The notes: generated by a model not told the origin, from the letters alone. Numbered from the stretch's first letter, positions 1-10,226 are shown. The stretch is DNA of 64,000 nucleotides from Alphaproteobacteria bacterium (GCA_965232515.1 CBDDPY010000002.1:4384001-4448000), one strand, 5' to 3'. A program made the numbers and translations.

Positions 1-675
1 GGCGCCGACAAGCTGGTCAAGATCCCGGCCAAGATCAGTGACGAACAGGCCGCGGCGATGATGCTGCAAGGCATGACGACGGAGTACCTGGTCCGCCGCA
101 CCTATCCGGTGAAGAAGGGCGACATGGTGCTGTTCCATGCGGCTGCCGGCGGCGTCGGCCTGATCGCCGGGCAATGGTTGAAATCGATCGGGGCGGTCGC
201 CATCGGCACCGCCGGCGGACCGGCCAAGTGCAAGCTGGCCAAGGCGCACGGCTATACGCACGTCATCGACTATACCAAGCAGGATTTCGTCAAGCGGGTG
301 AAGACGCTGACCAAGGGTGCCGGCGTGCCGGTGGTCTATGACTCCGTCGGCAAGGACACCTGGGACGGCTCGCTCGACTGCCTGGCGCCGCGCGGCGTGA
401 TGGTCAGCTTCGGCAACGCGTCGGGCGCGGTGCCGCCCTTCGCGCCGGGCATCCTGTCGGCGAAGGGATCGCTCTATCTGACCCGACCGACGCTGATGTC
501 CTATACGGCGACCCGCAAGGATCTCGAAGGCTCGGCCAGGGCGCTGTTCAAGCTGGTGACCAGCGGCAAGATCAGAATAGAGATCAACCAGACCTATGCG
601 CTGAAGGACGCCAAGAAGGCGCACCAGGACCTGGAAGGCCGCAAGACCACCGGTTCGACCATCCTCATCCCGTAA
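1..675 (+). CDS. qor: NADPH:quinone oxidoreductase (zeta-crystallin/MDR family), 5' truncated by window edge
   Basis: Frame is open from base 1; motifs HAAAGGVG, VVYDSVGKDT, FGNASG, KGSLYLTRPTL, GRKTTGS. Confidence 0.9.
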   Translation, partial: GADKLVKIPAKISDEQAAAMMLQGMTTEYLVRRTYPVKKGDMVLFHAAAGGVGLIAGQWLKSIGAVAIGTAGGPAKCKLAKAHGYTHVIDYTKQDFVKRVKTLTKGAGVPVVYDSVGKDTWDGSLDCLAPRGVMVSFGNASGAVPPFAPGILSAKGSLYLTRPTLMSYTATRKDLEGSARALFKLVTSGKIRIEINQTYALKDAKKAHQDLEGRKTTGSTILIP

Positions 676-700
676 ATCGGCGGCCGTCGCCGCCGTCGGG

Positions 701-1576
701 CTACTTCACCGGCAGACGCTCCGTCAGCAGGCTGCGCAGATCGCGCACCTCCTGGTGGAGCTCGGCCAGTTGCCGCTGCATGGCTTCGGCATCCGCGTGC
801 GCCGCCTCCTCGATGGCGGCGCTCGCCTCTTTCAGCTCGGCCTCGTGCTCTGATTGCATGGCGCTGACGACGACGGCAATGAACAGGTTCAGCATGGTGA
901 ACGTGGCGACCAGGATGAACGGCACGAAGAAGGCCCAGGCATAGGGGTAGACCTCCATCACCGGCCGCACGATGCCCATGGACCAGCTTTCGAGCGTCAT
1001 GATCTGGAACAGCGAATAGACGCTCGCCGGCACGCTGCCGAACCATTCGGGAAAGCCAGCGCCGAACAGCTTGGTCGCCATCACGCCGGCGACATAGAAG
1101 ATCAGCAGCAGAAGCGCGGCGATCGAGCCCAGGCCCGGCACGGCGGCCAGCAGCGCCTGAACCACGATCCGCATGCTGGGCACCACGGAGATCAAGCGCA
1201 ACACACGCAGGATGCGGAGCGCCCGCAGCACCGAGAAGCCTTCGGTGGCCGGCACCACGGCCACGCCGACAACCAGGAAATCGAACACGCTCCAGGGATC
1301 GCGGAAGAAGCGCCAGCCGTGCGCCGCCATGCGCATGCCGACTTCGATGACGAAGACGATCAGGATCAGACGGTCGATCGCGATCAGCACCGGCCCGGCG
1401 ACAGCCATCGCGGTCGGCGAGGTCTCAAGCCCCAGCGTCACCGCGTTGATGGCGATCAGCGTGATGATAAGGCGCTGAAACCAGGCTTTCGCAACAAAGT
1501 CGCCCAGCCGGACCCGCCATGCGGCGCGTCCGCCAGCTTCCTTCGCAGTCACGCTATCCGACCCCGGCGGCGCCAC
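701..1576 (-). CDS. Bacterial voltage-gated sodium channel (BacNav, ion transport protein)
   Basis: Six TM segments; S4 arginine repeat LRALRILRVLRLIS; selectivity filter TLESWSMG; C-terminal coiled coil. Confidence 0.92.
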   Translation of the reverse strand: MAPPGSDSVTAKEAGGRAAWRVRLGDFVAKAWFQRLIITLIAINAVTLGLETSPTAMAVAGPVLIAIDRLILIVFVIEVGMRMAAHGWRFFRDPWSVFDFLVVGVAVVPATEGFSVLRALRILRVLRLISVVPSMRIVVQALLAAVPGLGSIAALLLLIFYVAGVMATKLFGAGFPEWFGSVPASVYSLFQIMTLESWSMGIVRPVMEVYPYAWAFFVPFILVATFTMLNLFIAVVVSAMQSEHEAELKEASAAIEEAAHADAEAMQRQLAELHQEVRDLRSLLTERLPVK

Positions 1577-1587
1577 GCGTCGTTAGA

Positions 1588-2844
1588 TCAGGTGTTCATG
1601 GAGTCGAAGAACTCGTCGTTGCTCTTCGTACCCTTCAGCTTGCCGAGCAAGAACTCCATGGCGTCGACCGTGCCCATGGGATTGAGGATGCGGCGCAGCA
1701 CCCACATCTTCGCAAGCGCGCCCTTGTCGACCAGCAGTTCTTCCTTGCGGGTGCCGGACTTGGTGATGTCCATGGCCGGGAACACGCGCTTGTCGGACAG
1801 CTTGCGGTCCAGCACGATCTCGGAATTGCCGGTGCCCTTGAACTCCTCGAAGATCACTTCGTCCATGCGGCTGCCGGTATCGATGAGCGCCGTCGCGATG
1901 ATCGTCAGCGAGCCGCCTTCCTCGATGTTCCGGGCGGCGCCGAAGAAGCGCTTCGGACGCTGCAGGGCGTTGGCGTCCACACCGCCTGTCAGCACCTTGC
2001 CCGAGGACGGAACGACGGTGTTGTAGGCCCGCGCCAGGCGCGTGATCGAATCCAGCAGGATCACCACGTCGCGCTTGTGCTCGACCAGCCGCTTCGCCTT
2101 TTCGATCACCATCTCGGCGACCGACACGTGCCGCGTCGCCGGTTCGTCGAAAGTCGAGCTGATCACCTCGCCCTTCACCGACCGCTGCATGTCGGTCACT
2201 TCCTCGGGCCGCTCGTCGATCAGCAGCACGATCAGATAGACCTCGGGGTGGTTGGCAGTGATCGAATGCGCGATCGACTGCAGCAGCATGGTCTTACCGG
2301 TGCGCGGCGGCGAGACGATCAGGCTGCGCTGGCCCTTGCCCTGCGGCGCGGTCAGGTCGATGACCCGGACCGACTTGTCCTCGAGGCTCGGGTCCTCGCG
2401 CTCGAGCTGAATGCGTTCTTCCGGATAGAGCGGCGTCAGGTTGTCGAAATGCACCTTGTGCCGCGCCTGCTCCGGCGTCTCGAAGTTGATGCTGTTGACC
2501 TTCAGAAGGGCGAAGTAACGCTCACCGTCCTTCGGCGCGCGGATCTGGCCCTCGACAGTGTCGCCCGTGCGCAGACCGAAGCGGCGGATCTGGCTGGGAC
2601 TGACATAGATGTCGTCAGGGCCAGGCAGGTAGTTCGATTCCGGCGATCGCAGGAAGCCGAAGCCGTCCTGCAGCACCTCCAGAACGCCGACCCCGGTGAT
2701 GTCCTCTTCCTTGTCCGCCAACTGCTTCAGGATGGCGAACATCATGTCCTGCCGCCGCAGCGAACTGGCGTTCTCGACTTCCAGTTCCTCGGCGTAGTCC
2801 AGCAAATCGGTTGGCGATTTGCGCTTCAATTCCTGAAGGTTCAT
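1588..2844 (-). CDS. rho: Transcription termination factor Rho
   Basis: MNLQELK start, [30 protein letters not shown]; 418 aa. Confidence 0.99.
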   Translation of the reverse strand: MNLQELKRKSPTDLLDYAEELEVENASSLRRQDMMFAILKQLADKEEDITGVGVLEVLQDGFGFLRSPESNYLPGPDDIYVSPSQIRRFGLRTGDTVEGQIRAPKDGERYFALLKVNSINFETPEQARHKVHFDNLTPLYPEERIQLEREDPSLEDKSVRVIDLTAPQGKGQRSLIVSPPRTGKTMLLQSIAHSITANHPEVYLIVLLIDERPEEVTDMQRSVKGEVISSTFDEPATRHVSVAEMVIEKAKRLVEHKRDVVILLDSITRLARAYNTVVPSSGKVLTGGVDANALQRPKRFFGAARNIEEGGSLTIIATALIDTGSRMDEVIFEEFKGTGNSEIVLDRKLSDKRVFPAMDITKSGTRKEELLVDKGALAKMWVLRRILNPMGTVDAMEFLLGKLKGTKSNDEFFDSMNT

Positions 2845-3064
2845 TACGAGACCATCACGTACCGGTTGTATAGAAATGCATGGAAGCCTGAATCGGCTTC
2901 TCTGAAGCGAGCCAAGGGCAATTCTGCCCAGTTCCCCAGTTCGGGAATTCGTTCACGCGGATTTTCGGTGGGCCACGCCGCCTGGGCGCGCCATCCCGTC
3001 AGACCTCATCACGACTAGCACAAACCTCGGAGAAGGCAAAGCCTGTTTTTCGGTCCGCCAGGCC

Positions 3065-3511
3065 TCAGAACGGCTTGACGATGACCATGATGACGATGAC
3101 GACCATCAGGACCGCCGGCACCTCGTTCCAGATCCGATAGAACTTGGGCGAGCGGCGGTTGCGGTCGGCTTCAAAATCCTTGCGCCACAGGCCAAACATA
3201 TGGTGCAGGACAGTCATGGCCGCAATACAGACCAGCTTGACGTAGATCCAGCCGGCCGACCAGTCGACGATCCCCGGCGTCGCCAGCAGCGACAGGCCGA
3301 AAATCCAGCTCGCGATCATCGCCGGATTCATGATCGCCCGCAGGAGACGCCGCTCCATCACCTTGAAGGTTTCGCCCTGCGGCGCGCCGTCCGGCGTCTC
3401 GGCGTGATAGACGAACAGGCGCGGCAGATACAGCATCCCCGCCATCCAGGCGATGACCGATATGGCGTGCAATGCCTTGATCCACAAGTACCAGTCGGCA
3501 AGCAAATCCAT
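3065..3511 (-). CDS. hemJ: Protoporphyrinogen IX oxidase HemJ
   Basis: WIKALH..ISWMAG-like motif, YLPRLFVYH, MERRL, NEVP, KPF end; lies in hemE-hemH-hemJ-rho order. Confidence 0.95.
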   Translation of the reverse strand: MDLLADWYLWIKALHAISVIAWMAGMLYLPRLFVYHAETPDGAPQGETFKVMERRLLRAIMNPAMIASWIFGLSLLATPGIVDWSAGWIYVKLVCIAAMTVLHHMFGLWRKDFEADRNRRSPKFYRIWNEVPAVLMVVIVIMVIVKPF

Positions 3512-3529
3512 ATCCCCCAACCCGAGCAG

Positions 3530-4579
3530 CTAGTCGCCGCCGTTGTGCGGACAACGTCGGAACCCGGATGGACAGATACGGCCACCGTTCTGACTGCACA
3601 AGCTGCCTTCGCTGCCGGACAGGGCGAGGTCCGCCATTTCCGCCAGACCGGCTATGAACGGCGTCGCGGTGCCGACAGCCGGCACACGGACATATTCGGG
3701 AACGCCCTTCTCATCCGCTAACTCGCGGTACTCGATGTCAAGCTCCACCAGGGTTTCCGAATGCTCCGACACGAAGGCGATGGGCACGACGATCAGCGGC
3801 GCCTTGTCCGTCCCACCGCGCGCGATTTCGTCCTCCGTCGACGGTGCGATCCATTCTAGGGGCCCGACGCGGCTCTGATAGCAGACCAGCCAGTCGAGAC
3901 CGTCGCGCTGTGCCGCTGGCAGCGCCTCGACCACGGCCTCCGACGTTTGCTCGACCTGCCATTGATAGGGATCGCCGCCCGCAATCACCTTCTTCGGCAA
4001 ACCATGGGCGGAGAACAGAACCCGAGGCCGCTGATCGCCATCAAACCGGGCAATCGCCTCGGACAGCAGATCCGCCTGCGCCTTGATCCAACCGGGCTGC
4101 GTCGGATAACAGCACACCGTGCGTGTCGCCGCGTTCAGCTCAACCCTTGCCGCGGCCCGTCGCCAATCCTTGACCGAGGACTCGACCGTCGTCGTCGAGA
4201 ATTGCGGATAGAGCGGGAGCAGCACCACCTCGTCCGGCCCCCAGGCCGCAACCTCAGCCGCGGTCCGGTCGCTCATGGGATGCCAATAGCGCATGGCGAT
4301 GAAGACCTTGACCTCGCGATCGCCGGCCAACGCCGTTTCCAGCGCCGCGGCCTGCTCCTGGGTCAGCTCGAGCAGAGGCGACTTGCCGCCGATATTGGCG
4401 TAGATCTCGCGCGCCACCGGCGCCCGACGGGTTGAAATCACCTTCGCCAGCAGCCAGCGGAACGGGTTCGGCAGGCCGATGATGGCCGGATCGTTGAACA
4501 GATTGAACAGGAAAGGTTTGACCGATTCCGGCCGGTCGGGACCGCCCAAATTGAACAACACTACGGCAAGCTTCGACAT
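3530..4579 (-). CDS. hemH: Ferrochelatase with Cys-rich C-terminal extension
   Basis: NLGGP, AMRYWHP, LYPQFS, FSAHGLP, YQSRVGP, FVSEHSETLVELD. Confidence 0.97.
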   Translation of the reverse strand: MSKLAVVLFNLGGPDRPESVKPFLFNLFNDPAIIGLPNPFRWLLAKVISTRRAPVAREIYANIGGKSPLLELTQEQAAALETALAGDREVKVFIAMRYWHPMSDRTAAEVAAWGPDEVVLLPLYPQFSTTTVESSVKDWRRAAARVELNAATRTVCCYPTQPGWIKAQADLLSEAIARFDGDQRPRVLFSAHGLPKKVIAGGDPYQWQVEQTSEAVVEALPAAQRDGLDWLVCYQSRVGPLEWIAPSTEDEIARGGTDKAPLIVVPIAFVSEHSETLVELDIEYRELADEKGVPEYVRVPAVGTATPFIAGLAEMADLALSGSEGSLCSQNGGRICPSGFRRCPHNGGD

Positions 4580-4596
4580 CGAAGATACAGACCTGC

Positions 4597-5673
4597 TTAA
4601 GCGCGCCAGCTCTGCACCAGCTCGACAAGCTCAGCCACGTGCTCGGGCGGCGTCTGCGGCACGATGCCATGGCCAAGATTGAATACGAAGGGGCCGTGGC
4701 CAAGAGTTTCGAGAATACGGTTCGCGGCCGCGCGCATCTCATCGCCGCCCGCCACCAGGATCTGAGGATCGAGATTGCCCTGCACCGTCGCCACGGGCTG
4801 CAAAACGTCCCGCGCCCATGCGAGCTCGACGGTCGAGTCGATGCTGATGCCCGAGACACCGGTCTCGACGGCATACTGGCGATAGCGGTCGCCAACGCCG
4901 CGCGGGAAGCCGATCACCGGCAGATCCGGATATTCAGCGCGCAGACCGGCGACAATGGCCGCGGCCGGCGCCAGGCAGAAACGCACGAACGCCGGTTCCG
5001 GCAAACGGCCGGCCCAGGTGTCGAAAATCTGGATCGCGTCGGCGCCGGCACGTACCTGGGCCAACAGGTATTCGATGCTGCTCTCGACCAGGAGGTCGAT
5101 CAGCCGCTGCAGCCCGTCGGGCTCTTCGGACGCCCAACGCAAGGCTCTTGCATGATCGACGCTGGTGCCACCTTCGATCATGTAGGTGGCGACCGTCCAG
5201 GGCGCGCCGGCGAAGCCTATCAGGGCCACGTCCGCCGGCAGCTCGCGCCGCAGGATCCGCACCGTCTCGTAGACCGGCGCCAGATGCTCATGCAGCCCGC
5301 CAGGCCGCAGAGCGGCGACGGCCTGCGGATCGGCGAGCGGCGTCAGGACCGGGCCCTCGCCCTCGCGCACCTCGACCGTCTGGCCCAGCGCATCGGGGAT
5401 CAGCAGGATATCGGCAAACAGGATCGAGGCATCGAAGCCGAACCGCCGGATCGGCTGTAGCGTTACCTCGGCGGCCAGTTCGGGCGTATAGCAAAGACGC
5501 ATGAAACTGCCGGCCTGGGCCCGCACCTCGCGGTACTCCGGCAAATAGCGTCCGGCCTGGCGCATAAGCCAGATCGGCGGCCGTGCGCTCACCTCGCCCT
5601 GCAAGGCTCGGATCAATAACGGCTTGGGATCTGATCCCGCTGAACCGCGGGAACTGGACGGGTCGGTCTGCAT
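4597..5673 (-). CDS. hemE: Uroporphyrinogen decarboxylase
   Basis: PIWLMRQAGRYLPEY, GFAGAPWT, QGNLDP, FNLGHGI. Confidence 0.97.
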   Translation of the reverse strand: MQTDPSSSRGSAGSDPKPLLIRALQGEVSARPPIWLMRQAGRYLPEYREVRAQAGSFMRLCYTPELAAEVTLQPIRRFGFDASILFADILLIPDALGQTVEVREGEGPVLTPLADPQAVAALRPGGLHEHLAPVYETVRILRRELPADVALIGFAGAPWTVATYMIEGGTSVDHARALRWASEEPDGLQRLIDLLVESSIEYLLAQVRAGADAIQIFDTWAGRLPEPAFVRFCLAPAAAIVAGLRAEYPDLPVIGFPRGVGDRYRQYAVETGVSGISIDSTVELAWARDVLQPVATVQGNLDPQILVAGGDEMRAAANRILETLGHGPFVFNLGHGIVPQTPPEHVAELVELVQSWRA

Positions 5674-6082
5674 AACGTCTTTCTACATATAAGTTGTTTT
5701 ATAGAAAAAGGTTGTTGTTGTAGGTGGATGCCTGTGAGTCCGGTGGATTAATGGACATGCACATGGGTGTCCACAGGCATTGCCGGACCTTGGGCGGCGC
5801 CATTGATTTCGTGGATGGTACCGCGAATGCCATCCGCGAATGGCCTGATGCCAGGGCCGCGTCCGGTCCGGGAAGATGTGAATCATGGGGATGGGTGATG
5901 GTCTTTGAAGATCGATCCCATCTTTTCTTTTCCCGCACCGAGAAGATCCGCAACGCGCATATCTCCCGGTGTCGGAATCGGAATGGGTGCACGAAAATCT
6001 GTTGTCTGGAGATTGGAACCGGCTTATCCCCGGCATTGAGGTTAATCACAGCGTCGCCATCCGTGGCGGCGAGACGGCGGTC
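5674..6082. other. Probable chromosomal replication origin (oriC)
   Basis: Intergenic gap between divergent hemE and the PPDK-regulator/maf/aroE/coaE/dnaQ cluster, the usual alphaproteobacterial oriC position. AT-rich tract ~5673-5712; trio-like GTTGTTGTTGTAG 5711-5723; degenerate DnaA boxes at 5723, 5733, 5742, 5767, 5877, 6024 and 6042; several GANTC sites. Confidence 0.8.
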
Positions 6083-6895
6083 ATGACCAAATTCCACCTG
6101 CATCTGGTGTCCGACTCTACTGGCGAAACGCTCAGCGCGGTCTCGAAAGCCGCTTTGGTGCAGTTCGAGAGCGCGGATCCGGTCGAGCATCTCTGGACCA
6201 TGGTGCGCAACCACGTCCAGGTCGACCGGGTAATCGACGGCATCACGGCCAATCCAGGCCTGGTCATGCTGACGATCGTCGACCACAACGTGCGCGAGCC
6301 ATTGCAGGAGGCCTGCCGGCAGCTCCAGGTTCCTTGCGTGTCCGTGCTCGATCCCGTGATTGCCGGCCTGGCGAACTATCTCGGCGTCGACGCCGGCGAA
6401 ATGCCGGGCCGCCAACACGTAATGGACGCCGAGTATTTCGGCCGGATCGATGCCATCCACTACTGCCTGAGCCATGATGACGGGCAGGGCATGCAGAACC
6501 TGAGTCAGGCCGATGTCGTTCTGGTCGGCGTGTCGCGAACCTCGAAGACGCCGACCTGCATTTATCTCGCCAACCGGGGCATCAAGGCGGCGAACGTGCC
6601 GATCGTGCCGGGTATTCCCTTGCCTGATGAGTTGGGCGATGTCAGCGACGCGCTGGTTGTCGGCCTGACCGCAAGCCCAGAACGTCTGGTGCAGATCCGA
6701 CGCAATCGGCTGCTGTCGCTGAACCAGTCGGACGAGACGGACTATGTCGATCTGATGGCGGTGAAGGACGAGGTGGCGCAGGCGCGGCGCCTGTTCGCAC
6801 AGAAGGGTTGGCCGGCGATCGACGTGACCCGGCGGTCGATCGAGGAAACCGCCGCAGCGATCTTCAACCTCTATACCCGGCGGGCGGAGCTCTAA
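6083..6895 (+). CDS. Pyruvate phosphate dikinase / PEP synthase regulatory protein (kinase-pyrophosphorylase, DUF299)
   Basis: HLVSDSTGET, HDDG, GVSRTSKTPT, IDVTRRSIEETAA; start placed at ATG 6083. Confidence 0.95.
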   Translation: MTKFHLHLVSDSTGETLSAVSKAALVQFESADPVEHLWTMVRNHVQVDRVIDGITANPGLVMLTIVDHNVREPLQEACRQLQVPCVSVLDPVIAGLANYLGVDAGEMPGRQHVMDAEYFGRIDAIHYCLSHDDGQGMQNLSQADVVLVGVSRTSKTPTCIYLANRGIKAANVPIVPGIPLPDELGDVSDALVVGLTASPERLVQIRRNRLLSLNQSDETDYVDLMAVKDEVAQARRLFAQKGWPAIDVTRRSIEETAAAIFNLYTRRAEL

Positions 6896-6911
6896 TACCT
6901 GTTCGGAACGC

Positions 6912-7970
6912 TTATGAAGCCGCCAATGCCGCCCAACCGAATGGTATCGGCGGTGCATCGTCCTTTGGATTGGCGACGATTACTTCATCACCGATTTCCA
7001 GCCACGGCGCCTGCAGACTCTCGTCTCGGCTGGCCGCGAAGCCGGATCGTGTGGCTTCCGTGCGATTGAGGCTGGCCCGGTAGATGGCGACGGGCGCTTC
7101 GTCGCTGCCGATCAGGTATGGCGCCAAATCCGTCACGCCGATCTGTTTCGCGGCCGCGCCAAGGGCGGCGCGATGATCGGCCGAGAGGCGGACCAGCATG
7201 TATTGTTCGATGACATCGCCGTTGTCGAGCACGGTGAGCCGGCAATCCTCCTGGCTGGAGGCGAACACGGTGAATGGAAAGCCGTGCTTGGCGATCAATT
7301 GGGCCGACATCGCGGCCGCGCTGCGCCGCCCGGCGGCGTTCGGCGGAAAGCCGTAATACTCGAAGAACTTGGCTTCCAACGCCTCGACATAATCCTCGCC
7401 CCGTTCGAACAGTCGCCGCTCGATGTAACCGAGATCGCGGGCCAGATCCTTGATGGCGTTGTCGGTCAGGCGCTCGACCTTCACATGCATGTGGGTCAGT
7501 TCGAAGACCGGACCGATATCGTCCTCGATCACGCGCTCGGCAACCAGGGCGTAGTCCAGTGTCAGCAGCTTTTCCAACAGGCTGGTGACATCCGGCGAGT
7601 CGAGATGGGTCTGGCTGGATTTGAAATCCGAGATGTCCAGCTCGGGCGCCAAACGCTGGATATTGCGCCAGGTGACCCGATTGGACGAGCGCAGGCGGAA
7701 ATGCTTGTTCAGGCCCCGCGGCAGCGTGCCGTCGAGCAGCAGGACAAAGGCGGTATTCTGGTGCGGCCTTTCGGTGCTGCGCGCGCTGCTGGCCGGCAGG
7801 ATCTGGCTGGCGTCGGCGAACGGATATGACTTGCCGTCGCGGGTGAAGTTGAAAAAGCTGTCGATCAGGGTGTATCGGATCAAAAACTCGGTCAGACGCG
7901 CGCGGGCAGCCGAATAGGAGTCGCGCGGCGCGCCGACGGGAAGTTGGATGATTTCAGCCTTGTCTGACAC
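6912..7970 (-). CDS. Hypothetical protein (352 aa), family not recognised
   Basis: Long ORF with globular composition and host-like codon bias, filling the gap between two + strand genes. Confidence 0.75.
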   Translation of the reverse strand: MSDKAEIIQLPVGAPRDSYSAARARLTEFLIRYTLIDSFFNFTRDGKSYPFADASQILPASSARSTERPHQNTAFVLLLDGTLPRGLNKHFRLRSSNRVTWRNIQRLAPELDISDFKSSQTHLDSPDVTSLLEKLLTLDYALVAERVIEDDIGPVFELTHMHVKVERLTDNAIKDLARDLGYIERRLFERGEDYVEALEAKFFEYYGFPPNAAGRRSAAAMSAQLIAKHGFPFTVFASSQEDCRLTVLDNGDVIEQYMLVRLSADHRAALGAAAKQIGVTDLAPYLIGSDEAPVAIYRASLNRTEATRSGFAASRDESLQAPWLEIGDEVIVANPKDDAPPIPFGWAALAAS

Positions 7971-8045
7971 AGCTTGTGGTTATTCTGTCCGATCGGACCT
8001 TAACAATGTATTGTAACCGATTAATGATAAAGGCTGAATTGTACT

Positions 8046-8684
8046 ATGACTAGTGCAAAAGAGTCGCCGGACAATTCGGCGGCAGGTGTTCGTCCGTTGG
8101 TCCTGGCCTCGGCCAGTCGATATCGGGCACAGCTCTTGTCGAACGCCGGCGTCGCCGCCGAAATCTGTCCGGCCAGCATCGACGAGGCGGCGCTCAAGCA
8201 GTCGATGCAAAGCGAGGGCATGAAAGCCGCCGACATCGCCCTTGGTCTTGCCGAAATGAAAGCCTTACGCGTCTCTCGCACCCGGGCGAACGCCCTGGTG
8301 ATCGGCGCTGATCAGGTATTGGTCTGTAATGGCGTGCTGTTCAGCAAGCCGCCTGACCTGGCGCACGCCCGGGCCGGTCTGCAGGCGCTGCGGGGCAAGT
8401 TGCATGAATTGATGACAGCGGTCTGCATCGCTTTGGACAATAACGTGATCTGGCACCATACCGAACGGGCCCGCCTCAGAATGCGCGATTTCTCGGACGA
8501 CTATCTGGACCAATACCTGGCGCAAGCCGGCGATACCGTACTGTCCACCGTCGGGGCCTATGAGCTGGAGGGCCTGGGCGCGCAGTTGTTCGACCGGGTC
8601 GACGGCGACTATTTCGGCATCCTTGGTTTGCCGCTGCTGCCCTTGCTGGCGTTTCTGCGCGGACACAAGGTCGTGATGACATGA
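8046..8684 (+). CDS. maf: Maf family nucleoside triphosphate pyrophosphatase
   Basis: LVLASASRYR, VIGADQV, FSKP, GDYFGILGLPL. Confidence 0.95.
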   Translation: MTSAKESPDNSAAGVRPLVLASASRYRAQLLSNAGVAAEICPASIDEAALKQSMQSEGMKAADIALGLAEMKALRVSRTRANALVIGADQVLVCNGVLFSKPPDLAHARAGLQALRGKLHELMTAVCIALDNNVIWHHTERARLRMRDFSDDYLDQYLAQAGDTVLSTVGAYELEGLGAQLFDRVDGDYFGILGLPLLPLLAFLRGHKVVMT

Positions 8685-9529
8685 CGCTGAGCGGCAAGGC
8701 GCGCATCGCCGGCGTCATCGGCTGGCCGGTGGCGCATTCGCTGTCGCCGGCCCTGCATGGCTGGTGGCTGAATGACTACGGCATCGATGGCGCCTATGTG
8801 CCGTTCGCGGTGCCGCCGGAAGATCTGGAAGCGGTGTTACGCACGCTGCCGAAGCTGGGCATAGCGGGCTGCAATCTGACACTGCCGCACAAAGAGGCGG
8901 CGCTGCGGCTCGCCGATCACGTCACGGCGGAGGCCCGGCGGATCGGCGCGGTCAACACCATCGTGGTCGAGCCCGACGGCACGCTGTCGGGCAGCAACAC
9001 CGACGGCTTCGGATTCCTCGAAAACCTGCGGGCGGCCTTGCCGGATTGGCGGGCCGATGCGGGTCCGGCCGTGGTGCTGGGCGCCGGCGGCGCGGCGCGG
9101 GCGGTGGTCGTGGCGCTACTGGACGCCGGCGCGCCGGTCGTGCGGCTGCTCAACCGCACGCGCCAGCGGGCGGACGATCTGGCCGCGGCGGTGGATGGCC
9201 CTATTGAGGTCAGCGACTGGTCGGCGCGCGCCGATGTACTGGCGGATGCGGCATTGCTGGTGAACACGACTCAGTTGGGCATGGCCGGTCAGGATCCGCT
9301 GGATCTGGACCTGGCGCGGCTGCCAACAACGGCCGTTGTCAACGATATCGTCTATGTGCCCCTGATCACGCCGCTGCTGGCCGACGCGCGCACGCGCGGC
9401 AACCGCATTGTCGATGGCTTCGGGATGCTGTTGCATCAGGCGCGGCCCGGCTTCGCGGCTTGGTTCGGCGTTGAGCCGACGGTTACGGCCGAACAGCATG
9501 CGCTTGTCCTGGCGCAGCTCGGCGATTGA
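8681..9529 (+). CDS. aroE: Shikimate dehydrogenase
   Basis: HSLSP, NLTLPHK, GAVNT, NTDGFGF, GAGGAARA, GMLLHQA. Confidence 0.97.
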   Translation: MTLSGKARIAGVIGWPVAHSLSPALHGWWLNDYGIDGAYVPFAVPPEDLEAVLRTLPKLGIAGCNLTLPHKEAALRLADHVTAEARRIGAVNTIVVEPDGTLSGSNTDGFGFLENLRAALPDWRADAGPAVVLGAGGAARAVVVALLDAGAPVVRLLNRTRQRADDLAAAVDGPIEVSDWSARADVLADAALLVNTTQLGMAGQDPLDLDLARLPTTAVVNDIVYVPLITPLLADARTRGNRIVDGFGMLLHQARPGFAAWFGVEPTVTAEQHALVLAQLGD

Positions 9530-9539
9530 GGTCGGATCG

Positions 9540-10226
9540 ATGTTCGTGCTTGGACTGACGGGCTCAATCGGGATGGGCAAAAGCGAGACGGCGAAGATGT
9601 TTCGGCGCCTGGGCGTGCCCGTCTACGACGCCGATGCGGCCGTGCATGCGTTGCAGGCCCCGGGCGGCGCGGCGCTGCCGTCGATCGAGGCGGCGTTTCC
9701 GGGCGTCGTGCACGACGGCGTGCTGGACCGCGCGGCGCTGCGGAGCCGTGTGGTCGGCGATGCCGCGGCGCTCCGACGGCTGGAGGGCATCATCCATCCC
9801 ATGGTCGGCCGCCGTCAGCGGGCGTTTCTGGCCGGCGCCGTGCGACGGCGGGAGCCGCTGGTGGTGATCGACGTGCCGCTGCTGTTCGAGACCAATGGCG
9901 AAGCGCGCTGCGACGCCACCGCCGTCGTCAGCGCGCCGTTCGCGATCCAGAAGGCGCGCGTGCTGGCCCGGCCGAACATGGACGCCGACACCTTTGCCAA
10001 GATCCTGCGGCAGCAGGTGCCCGACGTGGTCAAGCGTCAGCGCGCCGATTTCATCATTCCGTCCAGCCTCGGACGGCGGCATGCCTTGTCATGCGTGCGG
10101 CACATCGTCAAACTCTGCCGGCAGCGAATCGGCCATGCTTGGCCGCCGCGCGGCCTGCCGCGGCGACGACCGCCGCGCCATCCCAGCCGAAGGTCCATCC
10201 ATGCGCGAAGTCGTTCTGGACACTGA
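9540..10226 (+). CDS. coaE: Dephospho-CoA kinase
   Basis: GLTGSIGMGKS P-loop, DADAAVH, IIHP, DVPLLFE; start placed at ATG 9540. Confidence 0.95.
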   Translation: MFVLGLTGSIGMGKSETAKMFRRLGVPVYDADAAVHALQAPGGAALPSIEAAFPGVVHDGVLDRAALRSRVVGDAAALRRLEGIIHPMVGRRQRAFLAGAVRRREPLVVIDVPLLFETNGEARCDATAVVSAPFAIQKARVLARPNMDADTFAKILRQQVPDVVKRQRADFIIPSSLGRRHALSCVRHIVKLCRQRIGHAWPPRGLPRRRPPRHPSRRSIHARSRSGH

